A stretch of DNA of 64,000 nucleotides from positions 20,165-84,164 of the forward strand of contig JBECUI020000045.1 in assembly GCA_040954595.2 (NCBI GenBank). The letters run 5' to 3'. Below the pieces are notes generated by a model. That model was not told the DNA's origin. It made no database searches and saw nothing but the letters and a program-made list of their open reading frames with translations. Each line of letters starts with the position of its first letter. Position 1 is the stretch's first letter. The DNA is from Balanoglossus misakiensis (lineage: Eukaryota > Animalia > Hemichordata). Below, in pieces: positions 61,901-64,000 of the stretch. The position numbers and the translations under genes are program-made.

Positions 61901-64000
61901 GACGCCTCAAGCAGCAACGGCAACCAAGTACAGTTTACAGTGAGCATCACCGATGCGGCAGGCAATATCTCTGTCACAACTACTGCCACGATAACAGTCA
62001 ATAACCTAATACCCGCAGTGACCCAAGTGGAAATACCCGATACAGCGATGAAGATAGGCGATACGGTCACAGTCACCATCACTATAGATGCGAGTAGCAT
62101 CAAGGTAGGTGAGGCCTTGAGCTTGGTTGACGGCAGCCATGTCAACGGCTTTGCCTTAGAGAACTGGCAAAAGGTGTCAGATACCTCATATACGGCAAGC
62201 TTCACCGTGACCGATGGTGGTGCTGATAGGGCGGCAGACGAACATATCCCGCTTTTAGTACAGGTTTACAATGAGAGAGGCACGCAAAGCGCGGCATACA
62301 ACACTCTGATCGTTCAGGTCAATGATGCCATTGATGCTAATCTACCGGGTGCACCGACAGCATTGATGCTCACTACAGCAGACGATTCGGGTATCAAGGG
62401 AGATGGTATCACTAACCAAACCGCCCTGGTCATCACAGGTACGGCAGAGGCAGGTAGTACGGTAAGCCTATACGGCACAGATGGCACGACAGCGCTAGCC
62501 ACAGCCACAGCAGGGGCTAGCGGCAGCTTTAGTGCCGCGCTCACACTTGCCGTAGGGGAGCACGCCATCACGGCGACAGCGACCGATGCGGCAGGTAATA
62601 CAGGCCAGCTAAGCGACCCGTTTACGCTCACGATAGATACCACCACACCAAATCTTGACTTAGATACGACATCCGATGGCAATACCTATACCGCTGACGC
62701 TAACCCTATCGCCTTGCAAGCAGGCATTGCCATAAGCGGCCAAGCAAGCGTACGGGATGATGTCTATGCATCCCCACAGGCAGCGGGAAAATTAATTGAT
62801 GATGACAGTACGATATTAAACAGTCCCGAGGGTGTTGCGATCGCGGTCATAGACGGGGCGACCTATGCGGTGGTGATAAATAGTAGTGGTAGCGACAGCG
62901 GTGTACAGATCATTGATATCAGCGATCCGGCTAACCCTACCGCGGTAAGCAAGCTTACGGATACCGCAGGCACGGCATTACGGGGTGCCAAAGACGTTGC
63001 TATTGCGGTCATAAATGGTGCGACCTATGCGGTGGTGGCAAGCAATAGCGACAACGGCATCCAGATCGTTGACATTAGCGATCCGACTAACCCTGTGGCA
63101 GCGGGCAGCTTAACGGATACGGATGATACCGACAGCACGGAATTAAGGAACGCCTGGGGCGTTGATATTGCGGTCATAAACGGTGTGACCTATGCGCTGG
63201 TGGCAAGTTACCGAGGCAGCATCCAGATCGTTGACATTAGCGATCCGCAGAACCTTGTGGCTGTGAGCAGCCTGTTTGATGATTCCAACTTGGTGCTCTC
63301 TACTGTTCTTGACGTTAAGATCGTGGTCATAGGCGGTTTGACGTATGCAGTGGCCACAAGCGTTGCGGAAGACGGCATCCAGATCGTTGACATTAGCGAT
63401 CCGCAGAACCCTGTGGCAAAAGGCAGCTTAACGGATACGGATGAAAATGGTAATACCGACAACAGGGAACTAGACAATGCCTGGGGCGTTGATATCGCGG
63501 TCATAAACGGTGCGACCTATGCGGTGGTGGCAGGCTTTTATGACGACGGCGTACAGATTATTGATATCAGTGATCCGACTAACCCTGTGGCAGTGAGCAG
63601 CTTAACAGATACCGCAGGCACGATATTAGACGGTGCCACCGCCGTTGAGATCGTGAGCCTCACCGATGCCACCGGTACCATCAAGACCTATGCGCTGGTG
63701 ACAGCCTTGACGGACGATGGCATCCAGATTATTGATATCAGTGATCCGGCTAATCCCATCGCAGCGGATGCCTTTTTTGATAATGCCGACCGGGCATTAG
63801 ACGGCGCCCAAGCCGTTAAGACCGTGATCATCGCAGGCAAGGTCTATGCGGTGGTGACCTCTCTTGCCGATGATGGCATACAGTTGATACAGCTTAGCGA
63901 TGATCAGGGTATACAAGAGATCACTATCACCCTATCAGGCAATGGCTTTGACGGCACTGCCGATGAGTTCTTAGCACATGATGACGGCACGCAGATACAG
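52937..64000 (+). CDS. Giant Ig-like-repeat/LVIVD beta-propeller adhesin-like protein, paralog 5 (3'-partial, >3,688 aa)
   Basis: gaggagacgattatctATGagtacatattat at 52937 is the same start as paralogs 2-4. The last codon (cag, 63998-64000) is in the same frame and reads ...HDDGTQIQ. The track shows no + strand ORF here, consistent with one frame running open past the window end. Confidence 0.9.
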   Translation, partial: MSTYYFVTDTGGAILAWNSEIPHFETLGRSLVAYGGRGVDELYVGRATQASVASLGDGEDRVYLTGNFADYTQTVDGSTYTFSRTVTIDSNAYEEVITVSGNTDSDRLYFADGNVELSFSNLFDLIGGGYRDITADRLTGEGSPSYPPTPPAARANDENEWVFTNDNEGAVYAFDLPGSKWTTYGGRGVDRIYVGKGTQASVASLGDGEDGIYLTGNLADYTQTVAGSTYTFSRTVTIAGRDYEEQVTVSGNTDSDRLYFVDGNVELSFSNLFDLIGGGYRDITADRLTGEGTPGLGVGLTISDDTSTDVTNTDVVFTFTFDEAVTGFDIDAITITNGTANGALTEVTTGIQYTLAVTPTANTQGTLRLSVAAGAVVATDDANKGNQAASATQAIDTQAPIAILSGDIVPVGNLTMQFDEAVTLGTGDITLYNQADGSIAAAIPINDAMQVGLSNDGRTLTINPAVDLVLGNGYYVQIPSTAITDVAGNAYAITDATTWAFTATGLSTTVVWQDDTHNDPSTDGYINAAELNTVTLQGILTNVGDATDVSITAITFKALSGSANDISYSAALPALSGDATGSTWTLDNAAIRGLGLVEGESYRVEVTLSGTDTSNNTIIGSGSHDDPIIIDTGAPTTTVSIDSISNDSGIADDFITNDDDGLTITATLSAALAAGERLEYSSDDGTTWTDISGSVADMSISHTDDALTATTTIQMRVADTAGNSAPAASQLITIETGALTTTISITGITDDNGTAADDFITNDDNGLTITATLSAALAAGERLEYSTDGTTWTDISGSVADTSISHTDDTLTTTTTIRMRVTNTIGNSAPATSKLITIDSSAPTTTVRIDSITDDSGDATDDFITNDDDGLTITATLNAPLRAGERLEYSSDDGTTWTDISSSVTDTSISHTDDALTATTTIQMRVADIAGNSAPVASQFVTIDNNIPAATVSIDSISGDSGDADFITSDNDGLTITATLSAALAADERLEYSADDGSTWTDISGSVAGTSISHTDDALTATTTIQMRVIDTIGNSSLVASQSIIIDTTAPTAILSGDILPTDSLTLQFNEAVTLGTGDITLYNQADGSTAAAIPINDATQVSLSDDGRTLTINPTTDLTIGGSYYVQIPSTAITDLAGNAYGITDATTWAFTVTGLSTTVLWQDGANNDPSTDGYINAEELNTVTLQGVLTNTGNATGISITAITFKALSGSANDISYSGAMPALSDASGSTWVLDNAAINALNLVEGESYRVEVTLSGTDAGSNTITGGSSYNNPIIIDSALPAATINITGINDDSGTADFITSDNDGLTITATLSVPLAAGERLEYSTDGTTWTDISGSVTGTSISHTDTALVGEGETTIQMRLTDTAGNSTPATSQLITIDTTAPTTTVSIIGISDDSGIVGDFITNDNNGLTITAGLSAALAAGERLEYSTDGTTWTDISSSVTGTSISHADAALTHEGDTTIQMRVTDTAGNSAPATSWTITIDTTVPTTIVSSIDSISDDSGVTDDFITNDNDGLTITATLSAALVAGERLEYSTDGGGTWTDISSSVTGTSISHADTTLTHEGETTIQMRVTDTAGNSSLVTSQLITIDSSAPATIVSSIDSINNDSGDVADDFITNDNDGLTINATLSAVLAAGERLEYSTDGGGTWTDISSSVTGTSIRHADTALVGEGETTIQMRVTDTAGNSSLVTSKLITIDTTAPLATLSGSIRPTGDLTIRFDEAVSLGTGDITLYHQDGSTVATISINDATQVGLSDGGKTLTINPTTDLVLDNRYYVQIPSGAIMDAAGNAYTITDDSTWAFSVIGFSTTVIWQDGANNDLGADGYISAEELNTVTLQGALTNTSNITGISITAITFRALSGSANDISYSGAMPALSDASGSTWVLDNAAINALNLAEGESYRVEVTLSGTDAGSNTVTGSSHSDLVVIDSSAPTTTISITGISDDNGTAADDFITNDNDGLTINAILSAALAADERLEYSTDGGGTWTDISGSVTGTSISHADATLVGEGETTIQMRITDAAGNSTPATSQLITIDNSIPVPPTLSLTTDTGVDGDKVTMDGTIAVAGLEPGGTWEYSVNTGNTWQSGSGTDFVVPEGEYGILDIWVRQFDRAGNESNATLFEQFTVDTTAPTVDTIVLTGEDAQGASKTDLATGDIIVITITMSEDVTVTGSPLYTIDMGGQSRVVAYDAAASSGNQLIFKYTIASTDIDESGGITAATNALDVSGVTVQDTAGNDADLTNTEVAVDDNAITVNSTLPPSKITALSFPNDGPYGIGAVLTVTLTVQDDGGTPYDELTGTIGGHAVGNLQRTHNTQYTFDLTISAAGKDFAADEDITLSLYLGRDGTADDADNFAVYATQISGSNDAIDATPPDAPTALALAADDDTSIAQDGITSQTDNLTITGTAEANSTVTLYGTDGTTVLATVTAGADGSFSADVTLAAGEYSITAAATDATGNVGVSSDPFALTIDTTAPRLDLDATSAGIAYVADEGSDTLLAGVVISDQARARDDSYISPREAGQLGDGEGGAILDNAYDVDIVVINGATYAVVSALGSHAIQIIDISDPANPTPVGNLINTVDTALYGAHDVVIVVIDGATYAVVTGEYDDGVQIIDISDPANPVAKGTLLDDADTELDGAQGIDIAVIDGKTYAVVTGFYDNGVQIIDISDPANPVAVSRLTDTSDTALDGADDVDIVVIGGATYAVVASNYSNGIQIIDISDPANPVAVSRLTDTGDTALRGIRSIDIVTLPNAEGVTKTYAVAASITDDGIQIVDISNPAAPTAVSSLTDTADTALDGAEGVDIVTLPDAAGTVKTYAVVASSSDHGIQIIDISDPAAPIAVDALFDNDNRKLSSPRGVKTVVIAGKVYAVVAASADDGIQLIQISEDKGIQKIDITVSGSGFGGTANETLVHDDGTQTQRLFSLEANQSLTNQTIGTVAGLSLVWAAAATGNLTVSKTDGSALTSSEVNAIIDALRYQDASSSNGNQVQFTVSITDAAGNISVTTTATITVNNLIPAVTQVEIPDTAMKIGDTVTVTITIDASSIKVGEALSLVDGSHVNGFALENWQKVSDTSYTASFTVTDGGADRAADEHIPLLVQVYNERGTQSAAYNTLIVQVNDAIDANLPGAPTALMLTTADDSGIKGDGITNQTALVITGTAEAGSTVSLYGTDGTTALATATAGASGSFSAALTLAVGEHAITATATDAAGNTGQLSDPFTLTIDTTTPNLDLDTTSDGNTYTADANPIALQAGIAISGQASVRDDVYASPQAAGKLIDDDSTILNSPEGVAIAVIDGATYAVVINSSGSDSGVQIIDISDPANPTAVSKLTDTAGTALRGAKDVAIAVINGATYAVVASNSDNGIQIVDISDPTNPVAAGSLTDTDDTDSTELRNAWGVDIAVINGVTYALVASYRGSIQIVDISDPQNLVAVSSLFDDSNLVLSTVLDVKIVVIGGLTYAVATSVAEDGIQIVDISDPQNPVAKGSLTDTDENGNTDNRELDNAWGVDIAVINGATYAVVAGFYDDGVQIIDISDPTNPVAVSSLTDTAGTILDGATAVEIVSLTDATGTIKTYALVTALTDDGIQIIDISDPANPIAADAFFDNADRALDGAQAVKTVIIAGKVYAVVTSLADDGIQLIQLSDDQGIQEITITLSGNGFDGTADEFLAHDDGTQIQ
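60497..61633 (+). other. 7-bladed LVIVD-repeat beta-propeller (paralog 5, A)
   Basis: Translated by hand: loops ALGSHA, GEYDD, GFYDN, SNYSN, SITDD, SSSDH, ASADD. Confidence 0.8.
62762..63910 (+). other. 7-bladed LVIVD-repeat beta-propeller (paralog 5, B)
   Basis: Translated by hand: loops NSSGSDS, SNSDN, SYRGS, SVAED, GFYDD, ALTDD, SLADD. Confidence 0.8.

Noticed and set aside
32017-63910. Diversity-generating retroelement as the source of loop variability
   Set aside because: There is no reverse transcriptase or non-coding template repeat in the window. The differences include indels and do not look adenine-restricted by eye. A remote DGR cannot be formally excluded.
1-64000. Assigning a gene symbol (lapA, bapA, siiE, swmB) or a taxon
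   Set aside because: The architecture is analogous but orthology cannot be shown from the sequence alone, and no marker genes are in the window.

Overview
The whole 64 kb is one head-to-tail, + strand array of five paralogous giant repetitive surface/secreted protein (adhesin-like) genes; no housekeeping, RNA, CRISPR or transposase genes are visible. Gene 1 is <1..5120 (5'-partial), gene 2 is 5157..24202 (~6,350 aa if joined), gene 3 is 24465..37299 (~4,280 aa), gene 4 is 37564..52673 (~5,040 aa) and gene 5 is 52937..>64000 (open to the window end, so absent from the ORF track). Genes 2-5 begin with an almost invariant duplicated ~150-aa N-terminal domain, and genes 1-4 end with a near-identical domain resembling a type I secretion C-terminal target signal. 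Between these constant ends are shuffled Ig-like stalk modules and two kinds of putative binding tip. Genes 1-2 have SwmB-like/Ig 654-657-bp tandem units plus a Trp-rich insert domain. Genes 3-5 have seven 7-bladed LVIVD-type beta-propellers plugged into one loop of a host Ig-like domain; that site is also found empty. Stalks are near-identical between paralogs, while the propellers vary mainly in two short segments per blade, like a constant-framework/hypervariable-loop binding repertoire. A conserved hairpin-rich ~263-bp spacer separates genes 2/3, 3/4 and 4/5 and is reduced to 36 bp between genes 1/2. About 18 single-base indels fragment the ORFs and are most probably long-read errors. All domain calls are by eye, not from HMM searches.
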